The notes under the pieces: model-generated | Databases searched by the model: none | The model's input: the letters and a program-made list of their open reading frames with translations, nothing else | What the model was told of the DNA's origin: nothing | Virus record (IMG/VR): IMGVR_UViG_3300045988_120991 | Location: 32,001-96,000 of that record | From: a virus | Strand: one strand, 5' to 3' | DNA length: 64,000 nucleotides | Translations under genes and position numbers: made by a program | In this document: piece by piece, positions 18,111 through 26,203 of the stretch | Layout: each line of letters begins with the position of its first letter | How positions within the stretch are numbered: position 1 is the first letter of the stretch

Positions 18111-19805
18111 ATGCCTAATGGCGATTTTGAGCCTATGTATTCTACTAATAACATATGGTACGATACTTATACAGCGCAGTGCCTCACAAATCATCTTGAA
18201 GATATGGAGGCAGATATTGATACATTACAAACCGGCAAAGCAAATGTAAATCATACGCATAACGAATATTCTCCAATTAACCATGAGCATTCTGAATATG
18301 CTCTGGTAAATCATTCTCATACTGGATATGCTCTTATTGGACATACCCATAGTTATAATGACTTAGAAGATAAGCCAGTTATCCCGACTACTCTTCCTGC
18401 GAATGGCGGCAATTCCGATACTGTAGATGGCAAACATGCCGCAGATTTTGCGACTGTGGAATCAGTAGATATGCTTCAAACCCTTGTTGGAAGTACTAGT
18501 GTCCAGTCTCAGATATCAACTGCAGTTGGTACTATAACTCCGACTAGTATTGGTGCAGCAGAAGAAGATCATGTTCATAACTATAACGATTTAACGAATA
18601 AGCCAACTTCACTCCCGGCTAATGGTGGAAATGCGGACACCGTGGATGGTAAACACGCAAATGACTTTGCCACCGCCGAATCAATGAGTGCCATGGAAAC
18701 TTTAGTTGGCAGCACAAGCGTACAATCGCAGATATCTAACGCAATTGATAATCATACACATAGTTATAATAATCTGACAGATAAACCAACGTCATTGCCA
18801 GCAAACGGAGGCAACGCAGATACAGTAGATGGTAAACATGCTAGTGATTTTGCAACATCTGCTGATATTACCATGCTTCAAAATTTAGTTGGTGACACGG
18901 CTGTTCCTACGCAAATTAATAATGCTATCACTTCTGCCACTAGTGATTTGTCAGATACATATGCTACAAAAGCAAATCCTAAATTTGAAAATAGTATTAG
19001 TATGAATAGAGAAACATGGTCTACTGTCGGAACTAATAGTATTGCTATAGGAAATTATTGCCAAGCAAGTGGAAATTATTCTTATGCCGAAGGGTATTTT
19101 TCAAAAGCGACTACTTCGGAAAGCGTAACTCCAACTAGCTCAAATTCTTCAGATTTAGGGTATTGTTGTCATGCAGAAGGTTATTTTTCTGTAGCTCGTG
19201 GCGCAATTTCTCATGCGGAAGGTAATGGAACATTAGCATCAGGTGGCAATTCTCATTCTGAAGGTTGTAGTACTACTGCGAGTGGTGAATGTTCACATGC
19301 AGAAGGATATCATACTACAGCATCTGGAAAGAATGCACACGCAGAAGGTATTTCAACAAAGGCGACCGGGGATTATACTCATGCCGAAGGGTATTATAGT
19401 GAAGCTACAAAGAATTATGCACACGCGGAAGGATGCCAGACTGTAGCGAGTGGCACATCATCACATGCAGAAGGGGCGAACACAATTGCTTCTGGGTATC
19501 ATTCTCACGCGGAGGGTGATGAAACAATTGCACAAACCTTAAGCCAACATGTAGAGGGTGCATATAATATACCGGATTCAGGAGGCAGTGTGTCTAGATA
19601 TGGTAAATATCTTCATATTGCTGGTAATGGTTCTAATTTGGCTCGTTCCAATGCTTACACTCTAGATTGGGATGGCAATGGTTGGTTTGCAGGAACTATT
19701 GAGGGGACGGCTATGATTTTAAAATCTTCAACACCAAATAGCACAAAACGATTTAAAATCACTGTTGACGATAGTGGCGCTATAAGTACGACAGAGATAA
19801 ATTAA
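18111..19805 (+). CDS. repeat-rich fibre protein (564 aa) with HxH repeats and YadA-head-like HAEG repeats
   Basis: GGGAGG RBS. Contains four NH.H..Y..[IV] decapeptides, three 62-75 aa modules (LPANGGN.DTVDGKHA.DFAT...LVG.T.V..QI), and eight 14-aa repeats centred on [ST]HAEG. The C-terminus reads AYTLDWDGNGWFAG. Confidence 0.8.
   Translation: MPNGDFEPMYSTNNIWYDTYTAQCLTNHLEDMEADIDTLQTGKANVNHTHNEYSPINHEHSEYALVNHSHTGYALIGHTHSYNDLEDKPVIPTTLPANGGNSDTVDGKHAADFATVESVDMLQTLVGSTSVQSQISTAVGTITPTSIGAAEEDHVHNYNDLTNKPTSLPANGGNADTVDGKHANDFATAESMSAMETLVGSTSVQSQISNAIDNHTHSYNNLTDKPTSLPANGGNADTVDGKHASDFATSADITMLQNLVGDTAVPTQINNAITSATSDLSDTYATKANPKFENSISMNRETWSTVGTNSIAIGNYCQASGNYSYAEGYFSKATTSESVTPTSSNSSDLGYCCHAEGYFSVARGAISHAEGNGTLASGGNSHSEGCSTTASGECSHAEGYHTTASGKNAHAEGISTKATGDYTHAEGYYSEATKNYAHAEGCQTVASGTSSHAEGANTIASGYHSHAEGDETIAQTLSQHVEGAYNIPDSGGSVSRYGKYLHIAGNGSNLARSNAYTLDWDGNGWFAGTIEGTAMILKSSTPNSTKRFKITVDDSGAISTTEIN
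18249..18368 (+). repeat. 4 x 30-nt in-frame HxH decapeptide repeats
   Basis: NHTHNEYSPI / NHEHSEYALV / NHSHTGYALI / GHTHSYNDLE, read directly from the translation. Confidence 0.8.
18349..18950 (+). repeat. 3 tandem divergent protein modules (225, 186 and about 190 nt)
   Basis: H.YN.L..KP..LPANGGN.DTVDGKHA.DFAT......L..LVG.T.V..QI occurs three times, starting at 18349, 18574 and 18760. Confidence 0.8.
19165..19530 (+). repeat. about 8 x 42-nt in-frame HAEG repeats
   Basis: SHAEGNGTLASGGN / SHSEGCSTTASGEC / SHAEGYHTTASGKN / AHAEGISTKATGDY / THAEGYYSEATKNY / AHAEGCQTVASGTS / SHAEGANTIASGYH / SHAEGDETIA. Confidence 0.8.
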
Positions 19806-19811
19806 GTACAC

Positions 19812-19838
19812 GGGCGGAGCCAATAACTCCGCCCTTTT
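19812..19838 (+). terminator. rho-independent terminator
   Basis: GGGCGGAG (19812-19819) / CTCCGCCC (19827-19834) followed by TTTT. Confidence 0.7.
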
Positions 19839-19869
19839 AAATATTAAAAATAAGGAGGATGATGTAAAA

Positions 19870-20622
19870 GTGTCAACAAAGAAATTACAGATAGTAACTC
19901 CTATCGTGACATCTGTCAACGGCGAGACAGGTGATGTAGAATTAAATAGCCTAAAAAACCCGAACGCACTAACTTTTACTGGCGGAGTAACTGGCACTTA
20001 TGATGGTTCTTCTGCTAAAACAGTTGCAATTCCAGTGGTTGATTCTGCGTTGTCAACTACGTCTACCAATGCTATTCAAAATAAAGCCGTAAAAACTGCT
20101 CTTGATGGAAAAGCAAACTCTACCCATACTCACGATGAATATCTATCTCACCCAATTCAGCTCCAAGAAACTACCGACTATGGTTCAACCTTACCATCAA
20201 ACCCAACTAACGGTCGTCTATTTTTTCAAGAGACTTCTGTTACGAGTTTAATTGATTTAGTTTATCCTGTTGGTGCAGTATATATCTCAATGAATCAGAC
20301 TTCGCCACAGACACTATTTGGTGGTACTTGGACTCAAATTCAGGGAAGATTCCTAATTGGTGCGGGGACCGCTTATCCTGCTGGTTCAACTGGCGGCGAA
20401 GCAACACACACGTTAACAAAAGATGAAATTCCAGACCACACACATAGCTTCAAATATACTGGGCAATCTGCAACAACTGGTGTTAATGCCATTCGTTTGT
20501 ATCAGGCGGCATCTAACCAGTATAATGCTTATTCTGGCGGCCAGTCATCCAACTGTGGTGGCCAAGCACATAACAACCTTCCTCCATATATGGCAGTCTA
20601 CATGTGGACGAGAACTGCTTAA
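19870..20622 (+). CDS. tail-collar-domain fibre protein (250 aa)
   Basis: GTG start after AAGGAGG. VYPVGAVYISMNQTSPQTLFGGTWTQIQGRFLIGAG...GGEATHTLTKDEIPDHTHSF matches the phage tail collar (MdpB-like) domain pattern. The N-terminal module LKNPNALTFTGGVTGTYDGSSAKTVAIP...STNAIQNKAVKTALDGK is shared with the 21464 gene. Confidence 0.75.
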   Translation: MSTKKLQIVTPIVTSVNGETGDVELNSLKNPNALTFTGGVTGTYDGSSAKTVAIPVVDSALSTTSTNAIQNKAVKTALDGKANSTHTHDEYLSHPIQLQETTDYGSTLPSNPTNGRLFFQETSVTSLIDLVYPVGAVYISMNQTSPQTLFGGTWTQIQGRFLIGAGTAYPAGSTGGEATHTLTKDEIPDHTHSFKYTGQSATTGVNAIRLYQAASNQYNAYSGGQSSNCGGQAHNNLPPYMAVYMWTRTA

Positions 20623-20636
20623 GGAGGTGCATTTAA

Positions 20637-21446
20637 ATGGCAACCTCTGGATATTTTGACGGTGCAAAATCTACATATGGATGGTATTTAAGGCTTGAAT
20701 ATAATGTAGTATCTTCAACATCTGTTAATTTGACGTTGAAGATTTATGATGGTACTGGTGAGTCACATAATAATAATGCAAATAGTTGCTATTATGTTAT
20801 TCAAGGTACGAAAACATACAAAACCTATAGCTATTCTTCAAAGGGCTGGTACACTTTAGGAAGTAAGACCGTTTCTGTTAGTACTTCTACTACGAACTTA
20901 GATATATCTGCTTCTTGGCATAGTGGATTTACGAGCCAATGGACCCCAGAATCACTAAGTGTTTCTGGTACAATTACTGTCAACTCTGCTCCTAAGACAA
21001 TATCAGTTACGAGTTTGAGCGACTGGTCGGGATATGAAAATACTTCAAAGACATTTAGTGTAACAGCTTCTGGAGGTACATCTTATACTTATCAGTGGTA
21101 TTTCAATGGAACAGCTATATCTAATGCAACTTCACGTACTTATACGAGGACCATTAAATATAGTGATGGTGAGGGGCAAATTTATTGCAAAGTTACTGAT
21201 ACTAGTGGTGCGGTGGCGATAACAAATAGAGCAACCCTATATGTTGGACTTGCTTCAAGCAAAAATAAAATTGAAGTTGAGCCAGTTAGTATGGTAGAAA
21301 TAAAAAATTCAAGTGGTTTCACAAAATATATTCCTTGGGTTTATAAAAATGGGACTTGGACTATTTATAGATGGAACGTTCTTGAAGGAACCACTACGGA
21401 AGCGGTTGCTGATTTAGCGGTTGCTGATATAGCTATAGCAACTTAA
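20637..21446 (+). CDS. structural protein with Ig-like domain (269 aa)
   Basis: AAGGAGGTG RBS. The N-terminal part resembles DUF859-type siphovirus proteins (a weak, memory-based call). YQWYFNGTAISNATSRTYT is a typical Ig-like (I-set) strand pattern. Confidence 0.55.
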   Translation: MATSGYFDGAKSTYGWYLRLEYNVVSSTSVNLTLKIYDGTGESHNNNANSCYYVIQGTKTYKTYSYSSKGWYTLGSKTVSVSTSTTNLDISASWHSGFTSQWTPESLSVSGTITVNSAPKTISVTSLSDWSGYENTSKTFSVTASGGTSYTYQWYFNGTAISNATSRTYTRTIKYSDGEGQIYCKVTDTSGAVAITNRATLYVGLASSKNKIEVEPVSMVEIKNSSGFTKYIPWVYKNGTWTIYRWNVLEGTTTEAVADLAVADIAIAT

Positions 21447-21463
21447 AAGGAGGAGATGAATAA

Positions 21464-23860
21464 ATGGCTCTTTCAAAAAGAACTTATGTGGGCGGCACCA
21501 CAAAAATTACTGCCGCAAACTTAAATGATATACAAGATTCGATTATTGCTCTTGAAGATAAGGGTATTACAAAAGAAGAAGTTGTTGATGCATTGGAATA
21601 TACACCTGCAAAAGCTAGTGATATTCCAACTACTGATATTTCTGCTAATACGGCGGCGAGACATTCCCATAGCAATAAGGATGTTTTAGATAATATAACT
21701 GAAATCGCAAGTATTTCTGGTGGATCAGTTACTGGTGGTGTTAATGCGCTTGTTACAAAAGAGGTGCTAGATTCTACTAGTCAACTGATTATGGATGAGA
21801 TCCCATCCGAGTTGAAGAATCCGTATGCACTTACTTTTACCGGTGCATCCTCTGGAACGTATGATGGTTCAAGTGCGGTTACGATAAATATTCCAAGTGG
21901 TGACACTGGAGGAACAGCAGTTACTGTTGACTCGGACTTATCTTCCACATCAACGAATCCAGTCCAAAACAAAGTTATAAAGTCTGCGCTCGATGAGAAG
22001 CTGTCTACCTCTGGTGGTACTTTGACTGGTAACTTAACTGGTAAATATATAGCTGGTACTTGGCTTCAGACTACTGAGGCAACTGAGCTTTCGACGACTC
22101 CAACGAAGATTCCTGTTTTAGATTCTAAAGGATGGATTTACTATAGAACCTTGGAGCATTTTAAGAGTGACCTTGGAGCGAATTGTTTTATAAATGTTAA
22201 GGATTATGGGGCAACAGGTAATGGTACAACTGATGATACAGAAGCGATTCAATCAGCTCTTGATGCTTCAAACACCAAGGGGATCCCATATGTCCGCTTT
22301 CCATCTGGGACTTATAAAATTAGTGCCACATCTACTGATAATAATTTTTATACTGCACTAAATTTATATTCTGGACAACATCTTATTTTTGACCAAGTTA
22401 CTTTACAACTGACTGCTAACAGTTATGATTTTTATGCAATTATAAATATTCACAATATAAGTAATGTTGAATTATCTGGTAATTTGACAATTATTGGTGA
22501 CAGAGAATCTCATACTGGAACAACTGGAGAAAGTGGTCACGGTATCCGTATTGTCAATAGTAAGAATGTATATGTTCATGATATAAATGTACAACATACT
22601 TGGGGTGACGGCGTATGCGTAGGCGGCAACGGGACCATGGATGAGATTTCTAAAAATGTGACCATTGAACGTGTGCAAACATATAAGTGTAGTAGAAATG
22701 GATTATCTATTATTGAAGCACAAGACGTCGTTGTGCGAGATTGCGATTTTTCTTACACCGACCGCACAAATCCTCAATATGGCATTGATATAGAACCGAA
22801 TCTTGGGACTGCCACAAATATTCTGATTGAAAATGTTAGGATGCTGAATAATGGCGTTGGTTCTTTTACATTGTACGTCAAGAAAGCCACCATGCCAGGA
22901 ACTATTGCATTAAGAAATATTGAAACCGATAGTAAAACGAATATTTACACAAGCAGCGATTCCGGTGCGACGTTCGATGTGTCTGTTATTGGTTGGAAAC
23001 ATACTCAGAAATCAACAGTAACCTCATCAAACAGTCCTACGCTTCGTCTTAGCGGTACGGGTAATCTAAAAGTTGACCAATTAACAGTTGTAAACAATAG
23101 TTCAAGAACCGTAATATATCCATACAATGCGAAGAATATTTACATTACGGGTATTAAAGTTATTGACGATCCAAGTGTAAGTACTGCGGGTACTTTATCT
23201 ATTCAATCTTCAGCCGACGTTTCTATAGATAGCGTCATTATTGATGGATTTCTTAGTAGAAATCCTCATGAAGTAACGTGGCATTCAGGTAATAGTATTG
23301 TGGTAAATAATACTCAAGATACCAATGTGAACTTAAATAGCCATCTGACCACAGGCGGCAGTAACGAGAGTTACAAGTTACTGCTGTGCGATAAAACACT
23401 GGTGCTGGGTACTGCCCTCAGTGCAAAGGCTCGTGTATTCATACCGTATACCTATGGCAACGTGAACCCATTCCGAGTGGTGAATACCACGGCCACTGAG
23501 ATACAGCTATATACCACGGTGTCGGCAGGCATTACGTTTGTAGGCGACGTACCCGGCGGTAGTTCGGCCAACTCCGCCGCACTGACAGGAAACGCCAGCT
23601 ATGAGGTCACGCCCATGCTGGTCAACGGTCTGGTGTATGTACGGAAGCTAAATACCCGTGTGCCCGTCAAGACCTCCGAAATCACCAACGACAGCGGGTA
23701 CCAGACAGCAGCACAAGTGGAATCCACCGTGACAGGCAAGGGCTACCAGACGGTGGAACAGGTGGAATCAACAGTGACAGCTAAGGGCTACCAGACAGCA
23801 GCACAGGTCGGCGCCGCTATCACGGCGGCCATCGGCGCAGCAATGGAGGCGAGTTATTAA
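21464..23860 (+). CDS. tailspike-like protein with right-handed beta-helix (pectate-lyase-3-like) depolymerase domain (798 aa)
   Basis: AAGGAGG RBS. INVKDYGATGNGTTDDTEAIQSALDAS is the characteristic N-cap of pectate_lyase_3/tailspike beta-helices, followed by many hydrophobic-N/G-x turns. The C-terminal 173 codons have sharply higher GC and contain 3 x 15-aa GYQT..QV repeats. Confidence 0.8.
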   Translation: MALSKRTYVGGTTKITAANLNDIQDSIIALEDKGITKEEVVDALEYTPAKASDIPTTDISANTAARHSHSNKDVLDNITEIASISGGSVTGGVNALVTKEVLDSTSQLIMDEIPSELKNPYALTFTGASSGTYDGSSAVTINIPSGDTGGTAVTVDSDLSSTSTNPVQNKVIKSALDEKLSTSGGTLTGNLTGKYIAGTWLQTTEATELSTTPTKIPVLDSKGWIYYRTLEHFKSDLGANCFINVKDYGATGNGTTDDTEAIQSALDASNTKGIPYVRFPSGTYKISATSTDNNFYTALNLYSGQHLIFDQVTLQLTANSYDFYAIINIHNISNVELSGNLTIIGDRESHTGTTGESGHGIRIVNSKNVYVHDINVQHTWGDGVCVGGNGTMDEISKNVTIERVQTYKCSRNGLSIIEAQDVVVRDCDFSYTDRTNPQYGIDIEPNLGTATNILIENVRMLNNGVGSFTLYVKKATMPGTIALRNIETDSKTNIYTSSDSGATFDVSVIGWKHTQKSTVTSSNSPTLRLSGTGNLKVDQLTVVNNSSRTVIYPYNAKNIYITGIKVIDDPSVSTAGTLSIQSSADVSIDSVIIDGFLSRNPHEVTWHSGNSIVVNNTQDTNVNLNSHLTTGGSNESYKLLLCDKTLVLGTALSAKARVFIPYTYGNVNPFRVVNTTATEIQLYTTVSAGITFVGDVPGGSSANSAALTGNASYEVTPMLVNGLVYVRKLNTRVPVKTSEITNDSGYQTAAQVESTVTGKGYQTVEQVESTVTAKGYQTAAQVGAAITAAIGAAMEASY
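23696..23830 (+). repeat. 3 x 45-nt in-frame repeats
   Basis: GYQTAAQVESTVTGK / GYQTVEQVESTVTAK / GYQTAAQVGAAITAA. Confidence 0.85.
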
Positions 23861-24471
23861 TGGGAAAGTATAGCACACTAAGTGAGTTGTTTGCAGCGAT
23901 TGCTGATGCCATTAGAACCAAAACTGGTGGAGGGGCGGCTATTGTTGCCGAAAATTTTCCTACTGAGATTAAGAACATACCAACAGGAGGAGGCGTCAAT
24001 CCTTCTGATGCTACGGCAACTGCAAATGATATTCTGGCTGGTATGACAGCGTATACTGCTGAAGGAAAAACAACAGGCACATTACAAATAAGGATTGGCT
24101 CAATAGAATTAACTAAAGCCGTTACATCCTCTTCATATGTTACCATTTCTCATGATTTGGGAATAGTGCCAAGTATAATTCTTGCATATGTTGAGAATGA
24201 TCCTACTTTTGATTCAACTACCACATATAATATTGTAAGTGGATATGCAATCAATTTTCCCACCGGCCTTATTCCTGGAGTGGGAGCAAGTAAGTCAGCC
24301 GCGAATTGTATCAATAGTCAGGGTGGAGGGGCAGGCGACACTACCTCTAACAGTTCTACCGTTTGTATTTGTGACAAAATTACTGCTACTACATTTCGAC
24401 TCAGAGCAAGTGGTTCATCTAGATGCTGGTCTTCTGATGCGATTGTGAAGTACGTAGTTATGGCATTATAA
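23860..24471 (+). CDS. fibre-associated protein (203 aa)
   Basis: The ATG overlaps the upstream TAA by 1 nt (TTAATGG). The N-terminus LFAAIADAIRTKTGGGAAIVAENFPTEIKNI and ATANDILAGMTAYTAEGKTTGT match motifs recurrent in Firmicutes phage fibre-region proteins (memory-based). Confidence 0.5.
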   Translation: MGKYSTLSELFAAIADAIRTKTGGGAAIVAENFPTEIKNIPTGGGVNPSDATATANDILAGMTAYTAEGKTTGTLQIRIGSIELTKAVTSSSYVTISHDLGIVPSIILAYVENDPTFDSTTTYNIVSGYAINFPTGLIPGVGASKSAANCINSQGGGAGDTTSNSSTVCICDKITATTFRLRASGSSRCWSSDAIVKYVVMAL

Positions 24472-24549
24472 TCAAATGAATAGAAAAATTTTTGTAGATT
24501 CATTTCTACGGAGTTTTAGATTAAAATAATAAAAAGGAGAGTGTTTTTT

Positions 24550-25560
24550 ATGGCAAAAGTTTTTTTATCACCAAGTGAGCAGTTTAACAATGCTTATGCA
24601 TGGGGCAATACTACCGAAGGAGTACAATGTGGCAAGATTGCCAATGTTTGTAAGTCTGCACTTGAGCGTTGTGGCATCTCTGTAAAGCTACAACATGAAG
24701 GTACGATGGCTAGTAAGTGTCAAGCTTCTGATGCTTTTGGTGCAGATTTACATGTTTGTATTCATACCAATGCTTGCAATGGCAAGGTGAGTGGCACTCG
24801 TATGTTCTGCCATGACGCAAGCGGTAAAGGTATGAAGGCTTGCAAGGCTATTTTTAGTGTACTTGCACCTTTGACTCCTGGCAAGAGTGAGAATATTTCG
24901 ATTAATCCACAGCTATATGAAATTCGTGTGCCAAATGCTCCTACTGCTTATATTGAGTGTGAGTTCCATGATGTGCCTAGCGTAGCAAAATGGATTGTGG
25001 AACATACTACTGATATTGGCGAGGCTATTGCTCATGGTATTTGTAATTATTTTGGTGTGGCTTATAAAATAAATAGCAGTTCTGATTCTGCTCCTAAGCC
25101 AACACCTACTCCTGCTCCTTCAAAGAAGGAGCTATATCGTGTACGTAAGAGCTGGGCGGATGCTTCTTCTCAGATTGGGGCATTTGCAGTACTTGATAAC
25201 GCTATTCGCGCTTGCAAGGAAGGCTATAAGGTATTTGATAACAAGGGTAACGTTGTATATCCAAAGGCTGCTCCTGCAAAGAAGTCAGTTGCTGTGATTG
25301 CTCAGGAAGTCATTGAAGGTAAGTGGGGCAATGGTCAGGATAGAAAGAACAGACTAACCGCTGCTGGATACAATTACGATGAGGTACAGAATTATGTGAA
25401 CAAGCTATTGTCTGCTCCTGCAAAAAAGAGCATTGATGAGGTCGCAAGAGAAGTTATTGCCGGTAAATGGGGTAATGGTGCAGACCGTAAAAATAGACTA
25501 GTTGCTGCGGGCTATGATTATGACGCAGTACAAAAGAGAGTAAATGAAATCCTCTCATAA
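24550..25560 (+). CDS. endolysin: N-acetylmuramoyl-L-alanine amidase (Amidase_3-like) with two CW_7 wall-binding repeats
   Basis: ATG 24550 lies 8 nt after GGAGAG. DLHVCIHTNA and YIECEFHD fit the Amidase_3 zinc-ligand context. The C-terminus carries two copies of GKWGNG.DRKNRL.AAGY.YD.VQ (Cpl-7-type CW_7). Confidence 0.85.
   Translation: MAKVFLSPSEQFNNAYAWGNTTEGVQCGKIANVCKSALERCGISVKLQHEGTMASKCQASDAFGADLHVCIHTNACNGKVSGTRMFCHDASGKGMKACKAIFSVLAPLTPGKSENISINPQLYEIRVPNAPTAYIECEFHDVPSVAKWIVEHTTDIGEAIAHGICNYFGVAYKINSSSDSAPKPTPTPAPSKKELYRVRKSWADASSQIGAFAVLDNAIRACKEGYKVFDNKGNVVYPKAAPAKKSVAVIAQEVIEGKWGNGQDRKNRLTAAGYNYDEVQNYVNKLLSAPAKKSIDEVAREVIAGKWGNGADRKNRLVAAGYDYDAVQKRVNEILS
25290..25557 (+). repeat. 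2 x CW_7 (Cpl-7-like) repeats within the endolysin
   Basis: VIAQEVIEGKWGNGQDRKNRLTAAGYNYDEVQNYVNKLL and EVAREVIAGKWGNGADRKNRLVAAGYDYDAVQKRVNEIL. Confidence 0.85.
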
Positions 25561-25561
25561 A

Positions 25562-25804
25562 ATGGAGTTCTCAAAGAAAATATTGATAGTTGCCGCAGTA
25601 ATTAATATTGTGGTAATTATCTTTTCTTGTTACATGATGTGGAAGACATGCGACCTGTCTCCACTGGCATATTTGCTACCATCAGTCGGTGCCGAAGTTT
25701 CAGTAGGCACCGGCTTTTATTATGCAAAAGCCAAAGTAGAGAACAAGATTAAACTAATGAAGGAATATGGCGTAGAGCCAAATGATACGAACTTTACGGA
25801 ATAA
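25562..25804 (+). CDS. holin-like membrane protein (80 aa, 2 predicted TM helices)
   Basis: ATG 25562 follows immediately after the endolysin stop. The hydrophobic stretches ILIVAAVINIVVIIFSCYMMW and LAYLLPSVGAEVSVGTGFYY are followed by a charged tail. Position in the lysis cassette supports the call. Confidence 0.65.
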   Translation: MEFSKKILIVAAVINIVVIIFSCYMMWKTCDLSPLAYLLPSVGAEVSVGTGFYYAKAKVENKIKLMKEYGVEPNDTNFTE

Positions 25805-25816
25805 GGAGGAATAATT

Positions 25817-26149
25817 ATGGAAAAGTGGGTTGAACTTATTGTTGCTATTTTAAGTGGTCTTGCTGCTTGCATTCCACTAGTTGTACAGTTGGTAAAGTAT
25901 TGCCAGAAGGCTGTGAAAGAAAAGAACTGGAATCAGCTTTTGAAGTTGGTTATGAACCTAATGGAAGAGGCCGAAACCAAGTTTGAGACTGGAGCCGATA
26001 GAAAAGAATGGGTCATGATGATGATTAAGGCTAGTGCAGACACAATTAACTATGAGATTGATATGGACGAGATTTCTAAGTTGATTGATTCTCTGTGTAG
26101 CATGACCAAGATTGTAAACGGAAATACAGAAGAAACCGCACAAGAATAA
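25817..26149 (+). CDS. holin-like protein (LL-H-type: N-terminal TM helix plus long cytoplasmic tail, 110 aa)
   Basis: AAGGAGG RBS. WVELIVAILSGLAACIPLVVQLV is a single TM helix. ...GADRKEWVMMMIKA resembles the Holin_LLH family (memory-based). Confidence 0.6.
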   Translation: MEKWVELIVAILSGLAACIPLVVQLVKYCQKAVKEKNWNQLLKLVMNLMEEAETKFETGADRKEWVMMMIKASADTINYEIDMDEISKLIDSLCSMTKIVNGNTEETAQE

Positions 26150-26154
26150 TGATT

Positions 26155-26180
26155 AAGGGGAGCTTATGCTCCCCTTTTTT
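26155..26180 (+). terminator. rho-independent terminator
   Basis: AAGGGGAGC (26155-26163) / GCTCCCCTT (26168-26176) followed by TTTT. Confidence 0.8.
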
Positions 26181-26203
26181 AAAAGGATAAAAGGAGAAAG
26201 ATT

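Noticed and set aside
18249-19530. Regularly spaced DNA repeats here and at 48461-49950 that might be mistaken for a CRISPR array or satellite.
   Set aside because: The repeats are in frame within long ORFs, are degenerate at DNA level, have no unique spacers of constant length, and encode recognisable protein repeats.
25544-25561. ORF-track starts that extend genes upstream: 25544, 3162, 6355, 15713, 16944, 24541, 26732, 27310 and 62900.
   Set aside because: In each case a downstream ATG, GTG or TTG has a properly spaced Shine-Dalgarno sequence, and the conserved N-terminal motif begins there. The upstream extension overlaps a terminator or the preceding gene.
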